A stretch of DNA of 32,000 nt from Clostridium sp. (GTDB lineage Bacteria > Bacillota > Clostridia > Clostridiales > Clostridiaceae). The DNA is taken from NCBI RefSeq assembly GCF_029267215.1, contig NZ_JARIDH010000032.1:14909-46908 (forward strand), in the 5' to 3' direction. Under the pieces are notes generated by a model. The model was not told the origin of the DNA. It did not search any database and was given only the letters and a program-made list of their open reading frames with translations. Positions within the stretch are counted from its first letter, which is position 1. Each line of letters starts with the position of its first letter. Below are positions 8,534 to 16,975 of this stretch, piece after piece. Both the position numbers and the translations under genes were made by a program.

Positions 8534-9214
8534 ATGAACATCAATAAAGTAATAGCTTTAAAGAAATGCAAATTATTTTCTCAATTTACAGATGAAGATA
8601 TTAAATCACTTCTTAACTCAGGATTTGCATCCTTAAAATCATATACTAAAGAAGATTTATTATTCTCAGAAGGAGAACAATGTAAATTTTTAAGCGTAGT
8701 AATAGATGGTACTATAGAAATTCAAAAATTAGATTCCAATGGTAATCTTCTAGTTGTTGCTACCCTAAACAAAGGAAATGTTTTTGGTGAAAACCTTCTT
8801 TTTGGAGATAGAAACACTTATCCTATGTCTGTTGTTTCAAAAAACAATACTGAAGTTTTACATATAAATAAAGATTACATATATAAACTTTGTTCAACTA
8901 ACGAGTGTTTTTTAAGGGAAATATTAAGAATACTTTCAAATAAAGCCCTAAACCTAAGCTCAAAACTAAAACAAGTAACAATGAAATCCATAAGAGAAAT
9001 GATTTCTTCATATTTGTTAGAAAGATATGAAAGTGAAAAGAACGAAACCATAAAACTTGAATTTTCAAGAAAAGCATGGGCTGATAAACTAGGAGTGCAA
9101 AGACCCTCTCTTTCTAGAGAACTTATGAAAATGAGAGATGCTGGTTTAATAGACTTTTCAAAAGATATAATAATAATAAAAGATATGAAAGCCTTAAAAG
9201 AAAACTTATTTTAA
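8534..9214 (+). CDS. Crp/Fnr-family transcriptional regulator (cNMP-binding domain plus C-terminal HTH)
   Basis: Beta-roll-like segment (GEQCKFLSVVIDGTIEIQK...GNVFGE) and HTH (RKAWADKLGVQRPSLSRELMKMRDAGLI). There is no N-terminal Cys cluster. The track ORF starts at a GTG (8522) inside the GGTGGGTG RBS, so ATG 8534 is the likely start. Confidence 0.85.
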   Translation: MNINKVIALKKCKLFSQFTDEDIKSLLNSGFASLKSYTKEDLLFSEGEQCKFLSVVIDGTIEIQKLDSNGNLLVVATLNKGNVFGENLLFGDRNTYPMSVVSKNNTEVLHINKDYIYKLCSTNECFLREILRILSNKALNLSSKLKQVTMKSIREMISSYLLERYESEKNETIKLEFSRKAWADKLGVQRPSLSRELMKMRDAGLIDFSKDIIIIKDMKALKENLF

Positions 9215-9320
9215 ATAAAATGTTAATATTTTTATACCCTTTTGACACATAACTGCCACATAACAAGATTAATATAATAACTGTAACGTAGCTAAAACAC
9301 TAATTTAATTTTACCCCTTA

Positions 9321-9369
9321 AATAGTCCTTGAACGGTTTGTCCCCCTTACGCAAATGTCAAGGACTATT
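9321..9369 (+). other. 12-bp inverted repeat / hairpin with a C-rich loop
   Basis: AATAGTCCTTGA (9321-9332) pairs with TCAAGGACTATT (9358-9369). The 25-nt loop contains GTCCCCCTTACG. Confidence 0.5.
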
Positions 9370-9421
9370 AAGTTTAATCAATTTAAAATTTCTATATAAT
9401 AATTCCTAACCTTAAACCTTT

Positions 9422-9483
9422 AAATTAAGTTAAGCCTTGTTTCTTACATTAATTAGAATCAAAGCTTAACTTAATTTTTTTAT
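9422..9483 (+). terminator. Long hairpin plus T-run (terminator of the Crp/Fnr transcript or of an sRNA)
   Basis: AAATTAAGTTAAGC (9422-9435) pairs with GCTTAACTTAATTT (9464-9477), followed by TTTTTT. Confidence 0.5.
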
Positions 9484-9491
9484 TAGGTCTT

Positions 9492-9539
9492 AAAAAAACT
9501 CCCATATTCAATAAAGCTATTTTTATTGAATACAAGAGT
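9492..9539 (-). terminator. Rho-independent terminator after metG
   Basis: Imperfect long stem ACTCCCATATTCAATAAA / TTTATTGAATACAAGAGT, followed on the minus strand by TTTTTTT. Confidence 0.6.
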
Positions 9540-9562
9540 CCTTTTATAATCTATAAAATTTC

Positions 9563-11500
9563 CTATCTTACTTGGCTTCCAGTTAATAATTCACCTGGAT
9601 TAACTAATAATAACTCAGAATCATCTGAAGGGGCTGCAGCAAGTATCATACCTTGTGATAACTCCCCTCTTAATTTAACTGGTTTTAAGTTAGCAACTAA
9701 TACTACATACTTTCCAACTAATTCTTCTGGTTTATAGTGCATAGCTATTCCTGAAATAACCTGTCTTTCTTCTCCACCTAAATCAACTTTAAGTTTTAAT
9801 AACTTTTTAGCTTTTTTAACTGGCTCACACTCTAAAACCTTAACAACTCTTAAATCAATTTTATCAAAGTCCTCTATAGTTATTTCTTCTTTTATTGGAT
9901 TTTTAACTAATTCTTCATTAGCTGGTTTAACTTTAGCTGGTTTTAAAGCTTCTAATTCTGCTAATTTTTCCTCAACATCTATTCTTGGGAATATAACATC
10001 ACCTTTAACAACCTTTTCTCCAGCAATTGTTCCATTAAACTCTTTTAAACTTTCCCAAGTTATTAACTTATTGTTTAACTGATCATTTATTTTTTCACTA
10101 GCCTCTGTTAAAAATGGTGAAACCATTACTGAAACAAATCTTAAGGTTTCAAGTAAGTTATATAAAACTGTGCCTAATCTTTCTTTCTTATCTTCATCCT
10201 TAGCAAGTATCCAAGGAGTTGTTTCATCTATATATTTATTAGCTCTGCTTATTAAAGTCCAGATATTTTCTAAAGCTTCTGGTATTTTTAAAGCATCTAT
10301 GCTAGCTTCCACTTTTTTAGGAGTAGCTAAAGCTAAGTTTATTAATTCATCGTCTATAGCCTCTTTACAAGTTGGTGCTTGAATAACTCCATCAAAATAT
10401 TTATAAACCATAGCTATTGTTCTTGATAAAAGATTACCTAAGTCATTAGCTAAGTCTGTATTTACTTTTTTAATGAATATTTCATTATTGAATAATCCAT
10501 CTGAACCAAATGGTATTTCTCTTAATAAGTAATATCTTACAGCGTCTGCTCCAAACATATTAACTAATACTACTGGGTCAACAACGTTACCCTTTGATTT
10601 TGACATTTTTCCTCCATCAACAAGTAACCATCCATGACCAAATACTTGCTTAGGTAATTCTAAACCTAAAGCCATTAACATTATTGGCCAATAAATTGTA
10701 TGGAATCTTAAAATATCCTTTCCTATTAAATGAACATCAGCTGGCCAGAATTTTTTATATAATTCTTGATTCTCTTGACCATATCCTAAGGTAGTTATAT
10801 AGTTTGATAATGCATCTATCCAAACATAGATAACATGTTTTTCATCAAAACTTACTGGAATTCCCCAAGTAAAACTTGTTCTTGAAACACAAAGGTCTTG
10901 TAATCCTGGTCTTAAGAAGTTATTTAACATTTCATTCTTTCTTGATTCTGGTTGAATAAAATCAGGATGTTCTTCTATATACTTAATTAATCTATCAGCA
11001 TATTTGCTCATTTTGAAGAAATAAGCTTCTTCCTTAGCTTTTTCAACTGGTCTTCCACAATCAGGACAATTTCCATTTACTAATTGAGTTTCAGTCCAGA
11101 ATGACTCACATGGAGTACAATATAAACCTTCATATGAATCCTTATAAATATCTCCTTGATCATATAACTTTTTGAAAATCTCTTGAACAGCTTTCACATG
11201 ATAATCATCAGTTGTTCTAATAAATTTATCATAGCTTATATTCATCATTTTCCAAAGATCTTTTATTCCTGCAACTATTTCATCAACATGCTCTTTTGGA
11301 GTAATACCTTTTTCATTCGCTATTCTCTCTATTTTTTGACCATGTTCATCAGTTCCTGTTAAAAACATAACCTCATGACCTGTAAGTCTTTTAAATCTTG
11401 CTATAGCATCAGCTGCCACTGTAGTATAAGTATTACCTATATGTAGGTTAGTTGATGGGTAATAAATAGGTGTTGTAATGTAATAAGGTTTTTTACACAT
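9563..11500 (-). CDS. metG: Methionyl-tRNA synthetase with C-terminal tRNA-binding (Trbp111/EMAP-like) domain
   Basis: PIYYPSTNLHIGN (HIGH region), KMSKSKGN, and a CTPC...CPDC zinc knuckle. The C-terminal segment DLRVVKVLECEPV...KLLKLKVDLG...IAMHY is an OB fold. Confidence 0.95.
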   Translation of the reverse strand: MCKKPYYITTPIYYPSTNLHIGNTYTTVAADAIARFKRLTGHEVMFLTGTDEHGQKIERIANEKGITPKEHVDEIVAGIKDLWKMMNISYDKFIRTTDDYHVKAVQEIFKKLYDQGDIYKDSYEGLYCTPCESFWTETQLVNGNCPDCGRPVEKAKEEAYFFKMSKYADRLIKYIEEHPDFIQPESRKNEMLNNFLRPGLQDLCVSRTSFTWGIPVSFDEKHVIYVWIDALSNYITTLGYGQENQELYKKFWPADVHLIGKDILRFHTIYWPIMLMALGLELPKQVFGHGWLLVDGGKMSKSKGNVVDPVVLVNMFGADAVRYYLLREIPFGSDGLFNNEIFIKKVNTDLANDLGNLLSRTIAMVYKYFDGVIQAPTCKEAIDDELINLALATPKKVEASIDALKIPEALENIWTLISRANKYIDETTPWILAKDEDKKERLGTVLYNLLETLRFVSVMVSPFLTEASEKINDQLNNKLITWESLKEFNGTIAGEKVVKGDVIFPRIDVEEKLAELEALKPAKVKPANEELVKNPIKEEITIEDFDKIDLRVVKVLECEPVKKAKKLLKLKVDLGGEERQVISGIAMHYKPEELVGKYVVLVANLKPVKLRGELSQGMILAAAPSDDSELLLVNPGELLTGSQVR

Positions 11501-11554
11501 TTATTTCTTCCTCCTCTTTCATTTACTACTATTATTTACATTATTTCAAAAATT

Positions 11555-11838
11555 AAAAAGCCTCTATGGGAATTCCCATAGAGGCGTTAATTACGCGATA
11601 CCACTCTATTTCATGCTTTCGTCACCAAAAACATCTCACTAAGTAACTCCTAAATATAAGTTTATTTTATTACTTTGCAATATAACGGTTGCCACCGTAC
11701 CTTTCTAAGATTATTTCCTCAAAAAGTCTGCTCCAAGTCCATATTCACAAAGCTTCCTGTCTCTGGCTTTCACCTACCCCAGCTCTCTTTTGCACCATCT
11801 ACTTCATTACTCTTCTCTTCATAGCATTTATTTACTTA
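11555..11838 (-). promoter_or_regulatory. T-box leader (tRNA-sensing riboswitch) of metG
   Basis: The minus strand carries an AGAGA bulge, a GGTGAAAG distal loop and a specifier-loop region GUGAAUAUGGAC containing AUG. It also carries the T-box sequence AGAGTGGTATCGCG and the terminator GCCTCTATGGG-AATT-CCCATAGAGGC plus TTTTT (11555-11585). Confidence 0.85.
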
Positions 11839-11844
11839 ATTTAA

Positions 11845-11874
11845 ATTATATGATTAGTTCATTGGTACTGTCAA
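11845..11874 (-). promoter_or_regulatory. Sigma-A-type promoter of the metG leader
   Basis: The minus strand reads TTGACA, an 18-nt spacer, then TATAAT. Confidence 0.6.
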
Positions 11875-11992
11875 TCGTTTTTCTACACAAATACTCATAT
11901 ATTCTATATTTCTTATAGTTTATAATAAATAAAAAATATTATATACTATCTATATTAACTCAATATCTTAAATTATTAGGGGGTTTTAATTC

Positions 11993-12562
11993 ATGAAAGG
12001 TTTTACCTTACCTAAAATAGGTGCGAGAAACTTAAAAACAGCCTTGGCTGTTAGCTTATGTATAATAATTTTTGAACTAATTGATAGACCATATCCATTT
12101 TACGCATGCATAGCAGCAGTAATTTGTATGAAAGATACTGTGGAAAATTCTATGTCAATAGGTAAAAATAGAATGATTGGAACTATAACAGGAGCTTGTG
12201 TTGGAATTCTTCTTACATTTATAGCAAGAAGCTTTAATCTTACAAATTTTCAAGGAATAATAACTGGCATAGGGATTGTACTAACAATTTATTTACTAAA
12301 TATATTTAAAAAGAATGGTTCAGTTGTAATAGCTTGTATTGTGTGTATAGCTATAATGACAAACCTTCATGGCAGAACACCATATTCATATGCAATAAAC
12401 AGAGTTATTGATACATTCATAGGCATAATAATAGCTCTTTTAATAAATAATTATATATATAAATATAGAAAAATAGTAAAAAAAGATTTAGAAAATATAG
12501 AAGAAAAAATACTAAGACTTGAAAAAGAAGTTAAAGAAGATATTAAAAAAAATAAAAAATAG
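11993..12562 (+). CDS. FUSC / aromatic-acid-exporter (ArAE_1)-like membrane protein, short form
   Basis: KIGARNLKTALAVSLCIII....PFYACIAAVICMKDT...S...GKNRMIGTITGACVG is the typical N-terminal signature of this family. Four to five TM helices and a K/E-rich coiled tail. Confidence 0.7.
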   Translation: MKGFTLPKIGARNLKTALAVSLCIIIFELIDRPYPFYACIAAVICMKDTVENSMSIGKNRMIGTITGACVGILLTFIARSFNLTNFQGIITGIGIVLTIYLLNIFKKNGSVVIACIVCIAIMTNLHGRTPYSYAINRVIDTFIGIIIALLINNYIYKYRKIVKKDLENIEEKILRLEKEVKEDIKKNKK

Positions 12563-12586
12563 AAGAAATTAATTCTTCTATTTTTT
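12560..12586. terminator. Bidirectional terminator between convergent genes
   Basis: TAGAAGAA-ATTAA-TTCTTCTA stem, flanked by an A-run upstream and a T-run downstream. Confidence 0.6.
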
Positions 12587-12593
12587 AATTTAA

Positions 12594-14312
12594 TTAATTA
12601 TTATTTATGGCAAACTCATCAACTTTCTTACCAAATATCATTGTAAATATAAATAAAGCGACTAAAGCCATAGGTAATACAATCCAGAAATTTAATCCAA
12701 GTCCTGCTGGTATATATCCAAATAATACTGTTATAGCCCCAACAAATAAAGCATACCAAATCTGAGTTCTAACATGTTCTATATGGTCACATCCTGATCC
12801 TGTTGATGAAAGTATTGTTGTATCTGATATTGGAGAACAATGATCTCCAAATATTGCTCCTGTTAAGACTGCTGATGTACTAACTATAACAAACTGCCAC
12901 TCTGGATTTATAGCATAAGCTAAAGGAATTGCTAAAGGCATCAAAATTCCCATGGTTCCATAAGCTGTACCTGTTGCAAATGCTATGACTGAACCTAAAA
13001 CAAATATTATTGAAGGTAGTAAAAATGCTGGTATTCTATCAGATAATATTCCAACTAAATAAGGTGCTGTTCCAAGTTCTTTTATTACTGAACTTAATGA
13101 CCAAGCTAATATAAGAATTACTCCTGTTATAAGAAGTCCTTTCATTCCTTCAATCCATATTCCAATCCCTTCTGATATTGTAAATATTTTTCTTACTACT
13201 CCTAAAATTAAAGCAACCATTGTAGCCAATAATGCTGATTGGAATAAAACAATTGAAGCATCTGCATTTGAAAATGCTGCTTGTATGCTAGAAAAACTTA
13301 ATGGAGAATTATTCATCATTTCTATGATTTTTAAATCTTCTCCTCCCATTATAGTTACCCATCCACTATAATAGAATCCTATTAATGAAGAACCTATTAA
13401 AACACCTATTGGAATTATTGCATTCCAAATACTTAATTTAACCCCTTCTATTGGTTCTAAATCTTCACTGTCTACAGAAACCTCAGTTATAGGTAAAACT
13501 TCTCCTTTTCTTGCCCTTCTCTCTGCTTTAAGCATTGGCCCAAATTCCCTTAAGGTTAAAGCTGATATAACAACAAAAGCTAAAATTAATATATTATAAA
13601 ATCTATAAGGTATAGTCTCTAAAAAAACTCCAAATCCGTCAGCTTCTATTCCCACACTTTTAAGTGCATCACCTATTAAACCAACTTCTAACCCTATCCA
13701 TGTTGAAATTATTGCTAAGCCTGCAATTGGAGCAGCTGTAGCATCTATAACGAAAGCTAATTTCTCTCTTGAAACTCCTAATTTGTCAGTAACTGGCCTC
13801 ATTATAGGTCCAACTATTAATGAATTAGCATAATCATCAAAGAAAACTGCTAATCCTAAAAGCCAAGTTGTAATCTGAGCACTTTTCACAGTCTTTGCCT
13901 TCTTTGCTAATGCCTCTGCAATAGCCTTAGCACCTCCCATTTTAGCAACCAAATGAATCACTCCTCCAATAACTAAAACCTGAAGAATTATTCCTGCATT
14001 CCATGGATCTGCTAAGGAATTTAAAGCTCTGTAAGTAAAATCAATAAATCCTTGTGATAATGATTGAAGAATATTAAATCCATTAATTTGAAGCATTATA
14101 CATCCAGTAATTGTGCCTATGAATAATGACACTATAACATTCTTTGTTATAAAAGCTAAAACAATAGAAACTAATGGTGGTAATACAGTCCAAGCCCCAA
14201 ATTTTACTGAATTAACCGCTGCAATATCTTCTGTTGCAAATACTAATGTTGAACAAAGCATTGTCATAATAAAAATTGCTAAAAAAACCTGTAATCTTGT
14301 TCTTTTTTTCAT
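12594..14312 (-). CDS. NhaC-family Na+/H+ antiporter-type transporter (candidate lysine transporter)
   Basis: 572-aa polytopic membrane protein with NhaC-like segments (FFDDYANSLIVGPIMRPV, IFGDHCSPISDTT). AAGGGGG RBS. A lysine riboswitch lies directly upstream. Confidence 0.85.
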   Translation of the reverse strand: MKKRTRLQVFLAIFIMTMLCSTLVFATEDIAAVNSVKFGAWTVLPPLVSIVLAFITKNVIVSLFIGTITGCIMLQINGFNILQSLSQGFIDFTYRALNSLADPWNAGIILQVLVIGGVIHLVAKMGGAKAIAEALAKKAKTVKSAQITTWLLGLAVFFDDYANSLIVGPIMRPVTDKLGVSREKLAFVIDATAAPIAGLAIISTWIGLEVGLIGDALKSVGIEADGFGVFLETIPYRFYNILILAFVVISALTLREFGPMLKAERRARKGEVLPITEVSVDSEDLEPIEGVKLSIWNAIIPIGVLIGSSLIGFYYSGWVTIMGGEDLKIIEMMNNSPLSFSSIQAAFSNADASIVLFQSALLATMVALILGVVRKIFTISEGIGIWIEGMKGLLITGVILILAWSLSSVIKELGTAPYLVGILSDRIPAFLLPSIIFVLGSVIAFATGTAYGTMGILMPLAIPLAYAINPEWQFVIVSTSAVLTGAIFGDHCSPISDTTILSSTGSGCDHIEHVRTQIWYALFVGAITVLFGYIPAGLGLNFWIVLPMALVALFIFTMIFGKKVDEFAINNN

Positions 14313-14394
14313 ATTAAAGCCCCCTTAAAATTTTAGTGAATTAATTTATAGAGGTATATCTTTTCATTACTATTATCCCTAAACTTTTTATATT

Positions 14395-14684
14395 TATAAA
14401 AAAGACCTTAGGTTTATCAACCTAAGGTCTTAATAGTCATGAAATTTATTAAAAACAAATTATACATTACTAATAATTATTCCCTAAGATGATAGCACTC
14501 CACAAATCTTCTTGTGACAGTGTTACATATATTCTATGTAACCCCAGCAATTAGCATTAAAGCATCCGCTAAAAACTTCGGCAACCATCCCTTTCCTAAA
14601 AACTTCATCGTTGCTTAACTCAGTTTTAGTACTTTTGATTAATCGCACCTCTACCTCTTTTAAATTATTCACTTCATATTATTA
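14395..14684 (-). promoter_or_regulatory. Lysine riboswitch (L-box) with intrinsic terminator
   Basis: The minus strand reads AGAGGTGCGA..AGTA..GAAAGGG..GTTGCCGAAG..TTGCTGG..CTGTCA..GGAGTGCTATC, matching the conserved L-box blocks of B. subtilis lysC. The terminator is AGACCTTAGGTT-GATA-AACCTAAGGTCT plus TTTTTT (14397-14430). Confidence 0.85.
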
Positions 14685-14690
14685 TATACA

Positions 14691-14719
14691 TTTATATCCT
14701 ATAAGTATGCATAATTCAA
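14691..14719 (-). promoter_or_regulatory. Candidate promoter of the L-box leader
   Basis: The minus strand reads TTGAAT, a 17-nt spacer, then TATAAA. A second TATAAT lies 10 nt downstream. Confidence 0.45.
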
Positions 14720-14746
14720 TACAAATTTCAATTTATTAACTATTTA

Positions 14747-16357
14747 TTAAAAAAATCCAGATTTTATTATTGAAATTAAAAGCCAAAAACCAAAGATACC
14801 AGCAGCTACAAATCCAATAACCCCCAAAATAGGTACTCCTCTTAAAGTAGGACCAATCTTTGAATCAACAATCAAAGAAGAACCTATTATAATACAACCC
14901 ACAATAACTGCAAAGGCAATTCTATTTACCATTCTATTTAAATCAGTTAAAGGCTTATCTAATCCAGTTACCTCTATTTGAACCTTAGTTCTACCATTTG
15001 ATAAACTATCAACTAACTCAGAAAATTTAGCAGGTATTTCAAAGCTTTTTGAAGCAAATTTATATGCCCCAATAATAAGTTTATCCTTATCTAAACTATT
15101 TAACATTTCTTCTTTATTTCTCTCTTTTATATAAGGGAAAATACATTCCATTATTTCTAATTCAGGGTCTATTTTTGCAACAACCCCTTCTAATATAACA
15201 ATTGATCTAACAAGTGCTACAAATTCCTTTGGAAACTCAAGATTATTTCTATCTGTAATATCAAAAACTTCTTTAAATAAATTAGATATTTTAATATTTT
15301 TCAATGAAGCATTTATGTATTTTTTAACCATAGTATTTAAATCGTCATACAAAACTGAAATTTTAACTGGTCCTTTTTTTACTCCAACAGCATTAACAAA
15401 ATCAACTAAAGTATCAATATCCTCTAAAGCCATTGCTATCATTGCCTTTGTAAGCCATTTTTTTAAATTTGAATCTAACTCACCAACTAGTCCAAAATCC
15501 AAGAAATATATCTTTCCATCCTTTATAAAAATATTACCTGGATGAGGATCCCCATGAAAAAATCCATCTTCAAAAACTTGTTTAAAGAAAGAATTCGCTA
15601 GTTTATTAGCAATATCTTTTTTATCATATCCTTTTCGTTCCAATCCCTCATGATCAGTTATTTTAATTCCTTCTATATACTCCATTGTCAATACTCTTTT
15701 TGAAGTTAAATTATCAATGATTTCTGGAACATCCACACAAGCTACATTCTCGTTTAACCTCCTAAATTTATCTAAATTATCAGCTTCTTTAAAGAAATCT
15801 AATTCATTTAATGTAGCCTCTTCAATTTCTTTAAAAGCCTCAAAAGGATTCACTAAAGTATTAGATATATGAGATGCAGCTATTCTACTTAGCCTTCTTA
15901 AAATACTTAAATCAAGTATCATCTTCTCTTCTATTTTATAATGCTGGACTTTAACAACAACTTCCCTTCCATCAAGCAAAACAGCTCTATGAACCTGTGC
16001 AATAGAAGCTGATGCTAATGGCTCCTTACTAAAATATTTAAAATAATTTTTAATCCCTACTCCAAATGATTCCTCAAAAATTTCTTCAACCTTATCAAAA
16101 CTTGTTATTTCATTTTTATCCTGAAGTTTTTCAAGTTCCTCAATATAAGCTTTAGGAAGTAAATCTGGCCTTGTACTTAAAATCTGACCTATTTTAACAA
16201 AAGTAGCTCCTAATTCTTCTAATGCCTCTCTAAAAGCTTGTGGTCTTGGCTCCACCTTATTATTAGGCATCTTACTAGAAACTAAAAAATCAAATCCATA
16301 GTAAGTAAAAACTCTAACTATCTCTTTTAACCTTTGTACTTTCTTTTTTTTACTCAT
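14747..16357 (-). CDS. ABC1/UbiB (AarF) atypical-kinase-family protein with C-terminal TM helices
   Basis: FVKIGQILSTRPDLLP, ASIAQVHRA, VVVKVQ, HGDPHPGNIF and LDFGLVG motifs. Two C-terminal TM segments. AGGAGGTGA RBS. Confidence 0.9.
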   Translation of the reverse strand: MSKKKKVQRLKEIVRVFTYYGFDFLVSSKMPNNKVEPRPQAFREALEELGATFVKIGQILSTRPDLLPKAYIEELEKLQDKNEITSFDKVEEIFEESFGVGIKNYFKYFSKEPLASASIAQVHRAVLLDGREVVVKVQHYKIEEKMILDLSILRRLSRIAASHISNTLVNPFEAFKEIEEATLNELDFFKEADNLDKFRRLNENVACVDVPEIIDNLTSKRVLTMEYIEGIKITDHEGLERKGYDKKDIANKLANSFFKQVFEDGFFHGDPHPGNIFIKDGKIYFLDFGLVGELDSNLKKWLTKAMIAMALEDIDTLVDFVNAVGVKKGPVKISVLYDDLNTMVKKYINASLKNIKISNLFKEVFDITDRNNLEFPKEFVALVRSIVILEGVVAKIDPELEIMECIFPYIKERNKEEMLNSLDKDKLIIGAYKFASKSFEIPAKFSELVDSLSNGRTKVQIEVTGLDKPLTDLNRMVNRIAFAVIVGCIIIGSSLIVDSKIGPTLRGVPILGVIGFVAAGIFGFWLLISIIKSGFF

Positions 16358-16414
16358 AAATTCACCTCCTGACCAATTATTTCATTTTCCACTAAATACA
16401 ATAAATAAAACTAT

Positions 16415-16444
16415 GGACTATACCAAACTAATTTGATACAGTCC
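16415..16444 (-). terminator. Hairpin / probable terminator after the phasin-like gene
   Basis: The minus strand forms GGACUGUAUCAAA-UUAG-UUUGGUAUAGUCC (13 bp including 2 G-U pairs), followed by a U-rich tail. Confidence 0.5.
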
Positions 16445-16454
16445 TATATCTATA

Positions 16455-16793
16455 TTATTCTTCTCTATTATTTAATTTATCTTCTAATACTTTAACTCTT
16501 TCTCTAAGCCTATTAATTTCCTCCAGTGTTTCCTTATTAGCCTCATCATACATAGCCTTAAAATCTTCCTTAGTTAATGGTTTTAATTTTTCTAATTTAT
16601 CATTTATTTCAATAGTTGCTTCCTGTGTTTTTTCCTGAACATTTCTTTTTAATTCCTCTGAAAGAACTTTTCCATCCTCCACAGTCATTTTTCCTTTTGA
16701 AACCATATCCACAATAAAAGAATCTGCTTTTTCATAAGCTGTTGCAGCTGTTCCAACTCCTGCTAACAAAGCTTTTTTGAGTTCATTAATCAT
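16455..16793 (-). CDS. Phasin-like small protein (COG3937-type)
   Basis: MINELKKALLAGVGTAATAYEKADSFIVDMVSKGKMTVEDGK plus a coiled-coil tail is the typical pattern of Firmicute phasin-family proteins. The ORF is open to 16802, but AGGAG abuts that ATG, so 16793 is the likely start. Confidence 0.7.
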   Translation of the reverse strand: MINELKKALLAGVGTAATAYEKADSFIVDMVSKGKMTVEDGKVLSEELKRNVQEKTQEATIEINDKLEKLKPLTKEDFKAMYDEANKETLEEINRLRERVKVLEDKLNNREE

Positions 16794-16975
16794 AATTATC
16801 ATCTCCTAAAACCATATATTTTTATTTTATTCTTAATTTTAAATTATCTAATTATAATCTTAATTTATTCAAAAATACAAGTATTATACTTAGGTATTTT
16901 TTTAATCTCCTAAAAACAAATACCTAAGTAAGCAGTCTACGCAGTTTTTAAGATAGAATGCTTACTTAATTTAAG

